From assembly GCF_009914755.1 (NCBI RefSeq), contig NC_060942.1: a DNA stretch of 64,000 nt; one strand, 5' to 3'. Source of the DNA: the human T2T-CHM13v2.0 reference genome, Homo sapiens. This document shows positions 38,280 to 50,149 of this stretch, one piece after another. The position numbers and the translations under genes were made by a program. Under the pieces are notes generated by a model that was given only the letters and a program-made list of their open reading frames with translations, was not told the DNA's origin and ran no database searches. The number at the start of each line of letters is the position of its first letter. Within the stretch, counting starts at the first letter, position 1.

Positions 38280-38603
38280 GCTCATGGAGCAGTGGCTCAT
38301 GCCTGTAATCCCATCACTTTTGGAGGCCAAGGCGGGCGGATCACGAGGTCAGGAGTTCAAGACCAGCCTGACCAACATGGTGAAACCCCATCTCTACTAA
38401 AAATACAAAAATTAGCTGGGCGTGGTGGTGCATGCCTGCAATCCCAGGTACTCAGGAGGCTGACAGAGGAGAATCACTTGAACCCAGGAGGTGGAGGTTG
38501 CAGTGAGCCGAGATCACGCCACTCCACTCCCACCTGGGCGACAAAGCGAGACTCTGTCTCAATAAATAAATAAATAAAATTTTTAAAAAAAAATTTTTTT
38601 AAA
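38280..38603 (+). mobile_element. AluSg-like with 17-bp TSD
   Basis: GGATCACGAGGTCAGGAGTTCAAGACC; (AAAT)n tail; TSD AAGAATG(C/T)GGCTCCCAG at 38263-38279 and 38604-38620. Confidence 0.93.
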
Positions 38604-39184
38604 AAGAATGTGGCTCCCAGCTCCTCCACCCTGCAGTTGGGTCTCCACAGATCCAGGCACGGGGCCCCAGGAGCCTGCATTTGTAACCAGCATCCTGGAA
38701 GATCCTGCCAAGGGCGCCTTGAGAAACAAAGCAGCAGGAACCTGAAGGAGACTGGGAGACGGGCTGGTGAATGCCACTGCTTAGCAGGCGGGGGCTCACC
38801 CAGCTGGCGGTGCCCCATCCTCAGCAGGCCCAGCACAGCCTCCAGTCGCCCCGCTCTGCATCGTGGGACCCCGGGGAACAGAATCTCTCACAGCCACTCA
38901 ATTTGCAAGCCTGATGCCTGCAGGATAAGATTCTCACCAGTAAAATCAAAACAGCACACACAGTAAACTGAGAAATCAGACATCCTGCTCAAATTTTGGT
39001 CAACATTTTTTAAACAAATACATCTTCATAAAAACAGCTGCTGCTCAGTTTAGAACATTTGAATTCTGAAGTACATCAAAACTTTTCACAAGCACTTAAT
39101 GAACACCTACCAAGTAGGCAACCCGGTGCTAAACCCAAAAGGGCTGGAAAGAGAAGCGGAGACAGCTTCTGCCTCTGGAAAGCC

Positions 39185-39505
39185 ATTCAGCAGGCAAGGT
39201 GGATTCAGCAGGCAAGGTGGTGTGAGAGCAGCGGGTGGCGTGAGACTGGCGGGTGGTGTGAGATTGCCGGGTGGCTTGAGGATGGCGAGTGGTGTGAGGA
39301 CAGCGGGTGGCATGTGGATGGTGCGTGGCCTGTGGACGGCGGGTGGCATGAGGACGGCAAGTGGCGTGAAGATGGTGGGTGGCCTGTGGATGGTGCATGG
39401 CCTGTGGACGGTGGGTGGCATGAGGACGGCGGGTGGTGGGTGGCGTGTGGCGTGTGGACGGTGCATGGCGTGTGGACAGCAGGTGGTGTGTAGACAGCGG
39501 GTGAC
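39185..39505. repeat. Degenerate G/T-rich tandem repeat, 18-bp period, ~17 copies
   Basis: GGTGG(C/T)(A/G)TG(A/T)GGA(C/T)GG.. recurring; Trp every 6 codons in ORF 39059..39493. Confidence 0.85.
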
Positions 39506-41679
39506 ATGTGAGAGGCACCACAAGCCTCCCTGCCCACACAGGAAGGGCATGCTGGCTCCTCCAGTGATGATCAGTACCCAGGAGTGCCTCGGAGGCTTCA
39601 CACAACACATACCGAGCACGTACGGAGCAGTGCCTGGTTTCAACACAGGAATGGGGAGGAGCAGATTGTCATTTGTTCGTTGTTTCTGAACAGCATAGTG
39701 CTATAATAAGGAGGACATGGCCCCTAAAACTAAAATAGAAACAAGGAATTGCTTCTGGCCCGTCAGCAACCACACCTTCCCGGCTCTGGGTGGCTCACAG
39801 CATGTACCTGTGTCTCGGTGGGCTTCTCTGTGATTAGCGACACTAACACCATTCTCAGAGGCAGATGGGGCAGTGAGAGTCCCGGCTCCCTAAGGTGACT
39901 GCAGATGTAAGGAAGCATCCATGCCCATCTCCAGCGGGGGCTTCCTTCCCATCCTCTTTCCAGCCGTGGAGCTGTCCGTGGTCTTGGCCTTCTCTGGGCA
40001 CATCCTCTGGAGTACTGACTTAAGGCTTCACCTAAACTTTTCTGTGCATAAAACGTGATTATTTATTCCCCTAATACAAGGAATGGAGTGCTGAAAACCA
40101 TTAGTGAGGGCTTCCGTGCAGGCCAGATCGCAGCAGAGATGACTGCCGGTGCCTGAGGAGCTGGTCTCCTAGAAAGTTGATTTGCTATTCATCATCGAAG
40201 CAGGAGGAAAATAGGATAGGAAGTTTTAATTATCCTGACAGCCAGGTTTTCAAAGGCGTAGACACTTGAGGCTCTCTGACGAGAGCATCAGATGAGCTGA
40301 AATCACCAAGGAGAGCAAGCACACGTGTGCAGGGCAGACATTTCTCATTCCCAAAGTGTATCGTTTCAGCCTGCTTACACTACATGCAGGATATGAGCGA
40401 GTGGAGACTGGCCCTTCACAGGGCATTTTGGGATATTCAGAAAGCCGGATCTTCTCTCCAGCTGTCATAGGCCAGACTCCCCAGGACTCAGACCCTGAGA
40501 TGGGAGAGCCAAAAGCATATAGGCCGTGCTCCTGCCAGCAGGTGGGGCAGGGTGGGCCACAGAGCAGAGGCCCCGACCCAGGAGGCCCCTGAACCTAAGG
40601 ATCCTTCAGCATCTCCCCACGAGGCAAGTGGGCCAGGCATGAGTAACCTGCATGAGTCAGCATCTGGCAGCTGGTCCCAGATGGGGCCACCCCAGGGAGA
40701 GAGCATGGCATTGGAGGACGCAGCCCAGAGTCCTCAGGAGCCACACCCGTGTAGCAGGGGTGCCTGCAGGGGTCTGTGCCTGGGATGCATCTGATACAGA
40801 GCATGACTCTGACAGCCGTCAGCCCCCAAGTGCTTTCCCCGCTGTTAAAACGGCCTTCTCATGGCAGCCACCAAAATATCCCACTACGGCCCTGGGGTCT
40901 GGTCACCAAGGACTTCCCCTAGCTGCCCCTGGACCTAGACCTCAAGTCCTACTGGCCTTGCAGCAGTGAATTCTGATTGGTTATATTTCTCTGCAAATTG
41001 TTTTTGGTCAAATTAATGGAGAATGAAAGTACAAAACTTTATCTTCTTCTTTTAATGTGATATTTTATGCACAGAATTATGTTATAATAAAAAATTCTTT
41101 GTGCTCTATAAAACAACTGATTTAAAGCTTAGAAAGAACTATCTTGGTTTCCTGGCTAACACCAGCTGCAGTAAAACATTTACATGCATAAGACAGACAT
41201 CCGAATCATCCCGTTCTGCAAAAACCTCCTTTAATATCCATGCACCATTTTTCAGAAAGACGGAAGCGTGAAGACATATAGTGCCTGGAAAGATGTTTTT
41301 TCCATCGTTTTTGAATTAGTAGCTTCCGCTAATAAATTGTTTGCTTTCTCTGAACTTTTTTCATTGTCTATATTTAAACATGTGAATTTATACTGACCCT
41401 GTGTTATTATTTCAAAGAATTTTGATTAGTACCTGGTGCTGAATCACAAGATACTGTCTTAAGTGGTCAACAGTCTTAAAATGGCGCATTGAGGTGGACA
41501 CATACATGGGCAAAATGTCATGAATTCAAAGAGAAAATAAAATGATACCAGACCTATGAAGATGTCCTAAATAAATCCCAATATAAAGGTTTAATTCCAG
41601 TGGACATTTTCAGCCAAGCTTTATACATGGAACCACGTGAATTCATGGTAAGATCAGTCTAAATGTTCCAAATTCCAAC

Positions 41680-42500
41680 ATGGAAATAAATAAAGTAAAA
41701 TAATGGGTGGAAGGGACAGAGCTTCCTTATGGAGAATTTCCAAGTGGAATTTGGAAATTCTTCCTTATTGGAATTTCCAATTAAATGTAAAAGAAATGAG
41801 GGAACTAGATAACCACACTAGAACTGTTGTGGGCAGTCTACCCAGAGATACTAAAATCAGTGAGCAAAAGTTTAAATATAATAGAATATTTAAATACTTT
41901 CAAAGTATCTCTGCTTCCTGGAGTTATTTACTAAGTACAGAGGGAGAGACAGTAACTTTGTAACCCTGGGAGACCTCGCCAAGCAATCATGGGCAACATC
42001 GCCAGGATAAGGCACCTCTACGTCACACACCTCTGGATATGATGTGTTGAAAATCATTCATCGTTGCTTTTATGATGTTCTTGCCCAAAATGCATCACTT
42101 TAATCAGGAGAAAACATCAAGCAAACACAAATTGAGGAACATTTTGCAAAGTGACTGGCCAGTACCTTTCCAAAAGGTGAAGGTCATGAACAACAAAGAA
42201 AAACTGAGGAACTGTCACGCCATGGAGACGGTGGTGTGAGGAGTGGATGCAATGGGAGGCACTGGGTTGGATCCTGAAACAGAAAAAGGACCTTGTTGGG
42301 AAAACTGGTGAAATCAGAGTAAAGCTTGCCACTTAGTCAACAGCATTATGCAAATACTAATTTCTTAATTCTACAGTCCTCCCATGGCCATGCAGGATGC
42401 TGACACCAGACAGGTAGGGGAAGGGCACATGGGAACTGTCTGTACAATTTTTGCAACTTTTGCGTAAATCTAATACTATTTCAAAAAAATTTTTTAAACT
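41680..42500 (+). mobile_element. Old LINE-1 3' region (L1MC/ME-like)
   Basis: CAAATTGAGGAACATTTTGCAAAGTGACTGGCCAGTAC..AAGGTCATGAA..AAAGAAAAACTGAGGAACTGT..GGATCCTGAAACAGAAAAAGGAC resembles the L1MC4/5 3' end. Confidence 0.75.
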
Positions 42501-43152
42501 GTCCAAAAACCTCCCGCTGTAGTCATGCTGATTTTCCTAGTCTGTCCAACGTAACCGCAGGAATCACCATCACAGGACTTTATCTTGGAAGAGAAACAGG
42601 TTAACACCTGATTTGGGGTGGGGGGAAAGAGAGAGAGAGAGCCTGCAGAGAAGAGCCCCCAGTAGTCTCTGATCAAATTCCCACCAAAACTTCAGCTGAA
42701 GCTTCGGGCTTCTGGTCTTTCCTCAAACAGCAGACTTTCTCCTGATGCCACCATCAAAAAAACCCTGCCCATCTCGACGGCAGGGTGCTAGCTGTATAGA
42801 TCAGTGAATAAGTCAGTAAGATTAAAAGGTGATGGAAATGCGAAGGTCAGGGAGACTTGGGGGCACGGCTGTACCACGGGGGCTTCCTCATGTCCCCACG
42901 TTTTCCATGTGGAACGTCACTCCCATCCCACTCACTTCATATCCAGCAAGTATTGAACAAGAAGTCCTGTCATTTAAAAAGAAAGGGAGAAAAGTTGGTC
43001 ACAGCCAGAGAAGCGTGTCGTCACTCAAATGCAGGAGCATCTGGCGGGCTGAGGATATCTTTTATACCATTAAGAAGGACCAAGACATAGTCCTTTCTAA
43101 AACTGGGCTAGAGGCAAAAGAAAAAAAAATGCCTGGAGTTGAGGCAGAAACT

Positions 43153-43650
43153 CATAAGCCCATAAAGGGAGGCGGACACGAAGGCGGGACGGAAGCACGT
43201 CATCGGCGGACAGAAGGCGTGACGGAAGCGCGTCATCACCGAGGCTCTCACTGTGCTCACGGCCTCATGAGCCCATAAAGGGAAGCGGACACGAAGGCGG
43301 GACGGAAGCGCGTCATCGGCGGACAGAAGGCGTGACGGAAGCGCGTCATCACCGAGGCTCTCACAGCGCTCACGGCCTCATGAGCCCATAAAGGGAAGCG
43401 GACACGAAGGCGGGACGGAAGCGCATCATCGGCGGACAGAAGGCGTGATGGAAGCACGTCATCACCGAGGCTCTCACAGCGCTCACGGCCTCATGAGCCC
43501 ATAAAGGGAGGCGGACACTAAGGCGGGACGGAAGCGCGTCATCACCAAGGCTCTCACAGCTCCCAGGACCTTATGAGCCCATAAAGGGAAGCGGACACGA
43601 AGGCGGGACGAAAGCGCGTCATCGCCGAGGCTCTCACAGCTCCCAGGACG
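43153..43650. repeat. CpG-rich compound minisatellite: 3 x 113 bp then 2 x ~80 bp, with an internal 33-bp subrepeat
   Basis: Units start at 43153, 43266, 43379, 43492 and 43572; subrepeat GAAGGCG(G/T)GACGGAAGCGCGTCATC. Confidence 0.95.
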
Positions 43651-44070
43651 TCCGCAAGCATGTTTCCAACAAGCCCTGCCCACGTGTGGTTTCCCGTGTG
43701 ACTGACCACGGACCGAGGAGAGCTGGGCCCGCCCTGGGCACGAGGGACCACGGGGCATCCTTTCGGCTGGTGCTGCCAACAGGCCTCCTTCCAGGGCAGA
43801 GCCACTCTCTGTGTTAAATGTTTGCCCAGAAGCCGGCCACGTTTCCAAAACCGGGCACAGTGACTCTGAGATCAACACTCAAAAATATCATTTCCAAAAG
43901 AATTCAAATTCCCCCAGAAGGGAAGCTACAGAAATCATAACTGCTGTGTGGCCGTGCAGCCCAGAGCATGTGACAGCCGGTGATGAGTGTCAGAGCCGCA
44001 TTGCCACCCGGCACAGGCAGGAGGAGATGAAACATTTATGGTGTGAATTAAAACAAAAGGAAAAAAACAA

Positions 44071-44382
44071 TTTTTTTTTTTTTGAGATGGGATCTGGATC
44101 TGTTGCTCAGATCCAGTGGAGCGCAGTGGCTGGAGTGCAGTGGTGAGATCTCGGCTCACTAGAGCTTCCGCCTCCTGGGCTCAAGCCATCCTCGTGCTTC
44201 AGCCTCCGAAAGTAGCTGGGACCCCAGGGGTGCATCACCGTGACCAGAAAATTTTTACATTTTTGGTAGAGACGCGTTTCACCATGTTGCCCAAGGTGAT
44301 CTCAAACTCCTGAGCTCAAGCCATCTTCCCACCTCAGCCTCCCAAAGTGCTGCAGTTAAGGTGTGAGCCACAGTGACCGGCC
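44071..44382 (-). mobile_element. AluJ with a complex local rearrangement near its 3' end
   Basis: Poly-T followed by reverse Alu with CCTGGGCTCAAGC and CTCCTGAGCTCAAGC; ends GTGACCGGCC. Confidence 0.88.
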
Positions 44383-44539
44383 GAGAAATGATACTTTAAG
44401 TAAAATGCCTATGAGTCCATCACTAAAGGGAAAATCATTTCCATGGAGGCCTGTGTCATAGTTTATCCAGGATTTTAAAGAGATGCTGCTACTCTGCAGG
44501 TGTCTAATGTCATAGGATGGCAAAAGAGAGAAGCCTGAA

Positions 44540-45260
44540 ATATTTATATGAATAGAATATGAAACTTAACTAATGGTGCCCGCTTCGATTACGTGCATTT
44601 TCACATTGCTACTAACCTGAAAGCCGCCCTCAATATTTTATAGGCTACCATTTCCCGCCTGGGCTACACGAGGCCTCTGGGTTCTTTTACGAACATTGTC
44701 TGTCATTTATTATGTGATAGATGCATAATTGTAAATTACACGGAAAGCCAAAATAAAAACATGTTTACGTTTTACACTGGAATTTTATTCCTGTAGTGTA
44801 TTAATTATGTGAAGATAAGATGTCTGTTGAAATTTTTCAGGAAATATTTTTCTCCTCTCCAAAAGATTTTCATAATTATCAATGAGCAAAGCATAAAACC
44901 GTGGCTCTGCCAATTCTGTGACCCCACACTGTGTCACTACAGATTTTTTTTTTTTTGGTCATTACCCTTGACATCGCTTCAAGACTCAGTGGTGGCCCCC
45001 GTCCTCTTCAAAAGCAGAGCGGGAACCTCCTGAAGGAGAGCCTGTCAAGTCGGCGACTCCCAAGCCGGCCTCTCTGCTGCGGGAGGCAGGAGGACCCTGC
45101 GTTTTCCACGCACGCACACAGCTCCAATTAGCTTTAATGAGAGTTCCACATGCGCATCCGAAACACAGACCCCATCATGCTTAAGTTAATGTGGGGTAAA
45201 TTATATTAAGGGAAATATCAGTGTTTCTTAAAATGAAGTAAACAAGCTGTGAGACTCATT
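44540..45260. promoter_or_regulatory. Candidate conserved non-coding element
   Basis: AT-rich unique DNA with retained CpGs, TAAT clusters and TGTTTAC; conservation not tested. Confidence 0.33.
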
Positions 45261-45861
45261 AGCTGTGGAAGTTATTATGAACGCAGCAAACGTCCGTGGC
45301 CTCCAGGCCCCACAGGTTGCATGTATTGAGCACCCACTGAGCAGCGGGTCCCTGGCTCACCTGGCGCTGTGTTATTGCCCACAGCCTGCAGTGGGAGGAA
45401 GGCGATGCAGGAGGACGGCGGGTCGGTGCCTGGCTCTGAGCCCCGTGGGGGCCTGACCCGCTCTGAGGCTGCACTCTGCTCCTACCCCACACCACCTCCC
45501 CACCAGGCGTTGGTCAGGACTCTTGAGGGGCTGCTAGAGGTGAAATGCTGTCCTTACCACCCTAGTATAAAGCGACCTCAGCTCAAACCCAAACCGGAGT
45601 TACCTCCTTCCCACCAAAGGCAGCGCTCCGCCAAGGGGGCCTCTCAGCTCCTAGCACCCAGTCCGTCCCTGGTGCAAATCAGGGCCCTAGGATCCATCCA
45701 TTTCACCAGCACCACACTGCTGGTTCCAGCTTCCATGAGCCTCATTACCCTGCGATATGGCAGGGGCCTCTAGACTGACCCCTTACGCACAGCCACCCCT
45801 TCAATCCATACTTCAGCCAGAGGCACCCTCAAACCTGTGTCTCAGCTCATCCTAGCAGCAT

Positions 45862-46180
45862 AAGTCTCAGCACCTCCCACTACACATGCAAGCACACGCA
45901 CACACTTGCTCACAAATCTCAGCAACTTCACACACACATACACGCTCACAAATGTCAGTGATGTCCCACCACACACACAACGCACACACACTCGCTCACA
46001 AATCAGTGACATCCCCACCACACGCACACACATACGACTCACAAATCTCAGTGACTTCCCACTGCACACGCGCGCGCGCACACACACACTCGCTCACAAA
46101 TCTCAGTGATGTCCCACCACACACAATGCGCACACACACGCACACATACGCACTCGCTAACAAATCTCAGCAACTTCCCA
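45862..46180. repeat. Degenerate ~45-bp repeat with embedded (CA)n, ~6 copies
   Basis: CTCACAAATCTCAG(TGA/CAA) anchors separated by CA-rich linkers. Confidence 0.85.
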
Positions 46181-46786
46181 AGTTCCTGCATGACTGCTTT
46201 CTGCACAGCCAAGCCCCTACCTGCCCTAGGGGACAACCGTCCTTCTCCCCATGTCCATCCACAACTCAGGAAGCCACGCCCCAGCCTCCGTTGCATTTAG
46301 CGGGGCCAGCTGGCCGGCTCCAGCATGCAGGCCTCAAGAAAGTGGTGCGGCCACTTCTAGGAAAAAGCACTGGCTCTAGGTGTGAGTCCCGCCGTCCCAT
46401 TCAGGCAGATGTGGACTCCCAAGGTCGGAAACTCCACCCGGGCACAGAGTCGCCCACAAAGGACAGCTGCCTCGGATCGTTGCAGACTCACAGTGGACTT
46501 TGGAAAGGAAAGAAAGAGACCTTGGAGGTGTCCACCTGCTGATATTCAAACTCGTCCATCCCAACTAAGCCGCTGTCTCTCCAAATCCCGGATGTCCGTC
46601 TCCACTTTGTGACTAAGACTCTGGGACCTGCCGCCACCTCCCCTAACTCCCATCTCCTCTCCCCGCCTGTGCCTCTCTCACTCTCCTCCTCTAATTAGTC
46701 CCCATTCATCAGGATTTCAGCTCGATGATGTCTTCCCTAACCAGCCAAGGGGTAGCAGCCCCACGGCCGGCACCTGGCCCCCGTCG

Positions 46787-47087
46787 CTCCCTCCCTGCAC
46801 TCACCTTGCTGACCAGCCTCCCTCACTCCCTCCCTGCACTCATCCTACTGACCAGCCTCCCTCACTCCCTCCCTGCACTCACCTTGCTGACCAGCCTCCC
46901 TCACTCCCTCCCTGCACTCACCTTGCTGACCAGCCTCCCTCACTCCCTCCCTGCACTCATCCTACTGACCAGCCTCCCTCACTCCCTCCCTGCACTCACC
47001 TTGCTGACCAGCCTCCCTCACTCCCTCCCTGCACTCATCCTACTGACCAGCCTCCCTCACTCCCTCCCTGCACTCATCCTTGCTGAC
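46787..47087. repeat. C-rich minisatellite, 39-bp unit, ~7.7 copies
   Basis: CTCCCTCCCTGCACTCA(C/T)C(T/C)T(G/A)CTGACCAGCCTCCCTCA; two alternating variants. Confidence 0.96.
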
Positions 47088-48019
47088 TGGTCGGCCACTG
47101 TGTCTCTTCAACACCAGACCTGGTCCCACCTGCTGCGTTCCCTCTTCCCGCCTCAGGACTCTTGGGTTCCTTGTGTGTCCTCAGTAACACACTTACTGCA
47201 GTCTGAATTGGTGCCGAATTTCAGTGCTCCTACCAAATACACTTTTCACAGAATTAATAACCAAATAGCCACATCTTCAAATCAGGCTACAAAATTCTGT
47301 TTTATTTATCAGTTTTAACACAAATGCGAATCACTGTCATCTAATTTTCAGAACATTTTTATTTTGCTTTTTATAGGTCAGTTTCCTTTAAATAGCACAG
47401 GTTGTGGGATTCGAACTGGAAGATACCTCATTGAACTTGGAAATATGTCTCAGTGCCAGGTCTGCTTGGTCTCACCCAGCACCTGAATGGATGACATTAA
47501 TAGAATCTCCTGGCATGGGAAAGGGGTGGTCTCCTGGAGGCTGTGGTGGCAGCTGGGAGGCCTGGAGCCAGCTGCTTCATCCCCGCTGCTCTGTGACTGC
47601 CCCAGCCCCCAGGCTGCAGGAAGAACGGATCCCAGAGTTACAGAACGCCAGGCCCGGGGGTGGCTAGGACTTGGCTGGGGCCAGCTTCACTCACCAGATG
47701 CAGGGCATACATTCCCCAGGACACTTGCTGAGGCTGCCTGGCCCAACAGGTACAGAACCAAGACACGATCATCACATCACGTGGACAACCCGGTCACCCA
47801 CCCTGTCAGGACACAACCAGGCCAACAAGAGCCATCTGGGTGCTTCTCTCTGGCCACTGAGGTCTCACAGATGCTATCAGATATTAACTTACCTGACCCA
47901 AAACAACCAACAAATTTAAAGTTGTTTCCAGGGACAAAAATGGGGAGTTGGTATCACAATGGAGGGTAGGGCAGGAACGAGGTACAGTGAGAGGCAGCAG
48001 GAGAAGTGGCAATTCCTCA

Positions 48020-48130
48020 GATTAGTCAGGGTGGAGTAGGCTGTGCTGCAGTAACACGAGCACCCTACATCTCAGCAGCTTCACCCAGAGCATGGAAATT
48101 TCTCACTCAGCTCCATCTGGCACCCAGGAT
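48020..48130 (-). mobile_element. Old ERVL/MaLR LTR end fragment
   Basis: TTAGTCAGGGTGGAGTAGGCTGTGCTGCAGTAACA..ATCTCAGCAGCTT resembles a reverse-strand MLT1/LTR33-type end. Confidence 0.5.
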
Positions 48131-48854
48131 CCCATGTTTATCACCATCTGGGAGGAGAGGCAGGGTCTCCAGCTCCTGCCTGCCCGTTCCCTGAAAGGGC
48201 AATGACTGCCTTTTCTCCACCTTCATTGCCAAGGGAGGCTGGGAGGTGTGGGGCACTCCTGGAGCATTTGGTGGGCATGGCCCACCTCCGACCACAGCTT
48301 TCTGTGCAAAGCCTGGATATCCTGCCCTTTCTGTTCAGTTGAAGAGAACCTGTGAGATCAAATGGCAGGAAGCATCACTTCCAACAAACTCATTCCTGTC
48401 CCTCCAATTGCAGATGTTTGTGTATTTGAGTGATCTCATCCACACGCAAATGTCGTTTCTTCCAGATTCTTTCCGCTATCCCAAGACACCAAAAAGTGAA
48501 GCTAAAGTGACAACCCCCAAACTTCAGACAAGGCTTTCTCCGTTTGTGGAACCTCAAACAATCAAAATGCCTTCAGGCAAACCCAGGAAGCGATGGGGAG
48601 TGCCAGCTCGGTTGCTTAAAAAGCCCATCCCATCACCGTCCACAGCTTTACGTGGTTCTGCGACATGGGACAGTGTTTACAGGAGAAAGGGATGGGGGAG
48701 GGGAAACGGAGGCTGGAGGGGCACAGTTGATGGGCAGAGTAAAGACACAGCCCTCGCACCTCTTCCATGGAAGGACAGTCACACTCCTTTTCATGAGATA
48801 TGACCACATTGCCCCAGGGAGACTCAGCAATAGTTAAAGGGGCAGATAAACAAC

Positions 48855-49126
48855 TTTTTTTTTTTTATTCTACTTTAAGTTCTGGGATAAATGTGCAGAA
48901 CATGCAGGTTTGTTACATAGCTACAGATGTGCCATGGTGGTTTGCTGCACCTATCAACCCGTCATCTAGGTTTTAAGCCCCACATGCATTAGGTATTTGT
49001 CCTAATGCTCTCCCTCCCCTAGCCCCCTGCGCCCCCAACAGGCCCCAGTGTGTGATGCTCCCCTTCCTGTGTCCATGTGTTCTCATTGTTCAACTCCCAC
49101 TTATGAGTGAGAACATGGGATGTTTG
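48855..49126 (-). mobile_element. L1PA (PA7-like) 3' end with poly-T
   Basis: TTTTATTCTACTTTAAGTTCTGGGAT..CATCTAGGTTTTAAGCCCCACATGCATTAG..CCCACTTATGAGTGAGAACATG. Confidence 0.93.
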
Positions 49127-49483
49127 ATGGCGAGGCTGTGGAGAAATGGGAATGCTTTCACACTGTTGGTGGGAATGTAAATTAGTTCAACCATTGTGGA
49201 AGACAGTGTGGTGATTCCTCAGGGATCTAGAAGCAGAAATACCCTTTGACCTAGCAATCCCATTACTGGATATATACCCAAAGGATTATAAATCATTCTA
49301 CTATAAAGACACATGCACATGTATGTTTATTGCAGCACTGTTTACAATAGCAAAGACTTGGAACCAACCCAAATGCCCATCAATGATAGATTAGATAAAG
49401 AAAATGTGGCACATAGACACCATGGAATACTATGCAGCCATAAAAAAGAATGAGTTCATGTTCTTTGCAGGGACATGGATGAA
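49127..49483 (+). mobile_element. L1PA ORF2 end, inverted segment of the same insertion
   Basis: GGCGAGGCTGTGGAGAAAT..ACTGTTGGTGGGAATGTAAATTAGTTCAACCATTGTGGAAGAC..GCAGGGACATGGATGAA. Confidence 0.93.
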
Positions 49484-50149
49484 CAACCTTTTAGAGCGTG
49501 CCAAAAATCTATCCACCCTCTCCAGCTGTTAGCAGCCAAAAAAAAATTCACCGGCTTTTCCCTTCTGCCTGACGACCTCATGGTCCTCTGCAGGGCAGGC
49601 CTCTGCCACCTGGAGAAGTGCGACTCTTCTGTGAACCACACATAGGCCCTGGGTGGAGGCCAGCCATCTGGCTTCTTCTCCTCCAACTCGGGTTCTCTAT
49701 GGATGACCCCTTGAGATCCCTCAGAGGGCCCGTCTGTGAGAAAGGCACCCACATGCAGAGACTTGAGCCAGCTCACCAGCCGGGCACACAGAGATCATCT
49801 GTGCCTCTGTGGTGTTTGTTTCTTACTCGCCTACTAAGAATACCAACCCCAAAAGGGGCCTCCATGGGAGAGTGCAGAAGGGGCTCCCAGGGCGGGGTGC
49901 ATGGCGGGTTTTAGGTTGTCTATCTCTCCAGCAGTCACCTCCCTGGAAAGCACGTCTTGGGAATCATTAATTCATTCATCAGAGTCTTTGCCAGCTTCTC
50001 CTTAACAAGCTGAGTGTCACGGCAATGACACACATCACCCCTGCTCGCTGCACATGGACCGTCGGCCGATGGGCCTGGCAGCTCCAAGGGCTGTGAGGAA
50101 AATTAACCAGGGAGCAATGGCCAGGCGCAGAGCGGAAGCCACAGGCACA

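Noticed and set aside
45862-46180. Constant anchor plus variable linker layout resembling a repeat-spacer array
   Set aside because: The linkers are related CA microsatellite slippage products, not unique spacers
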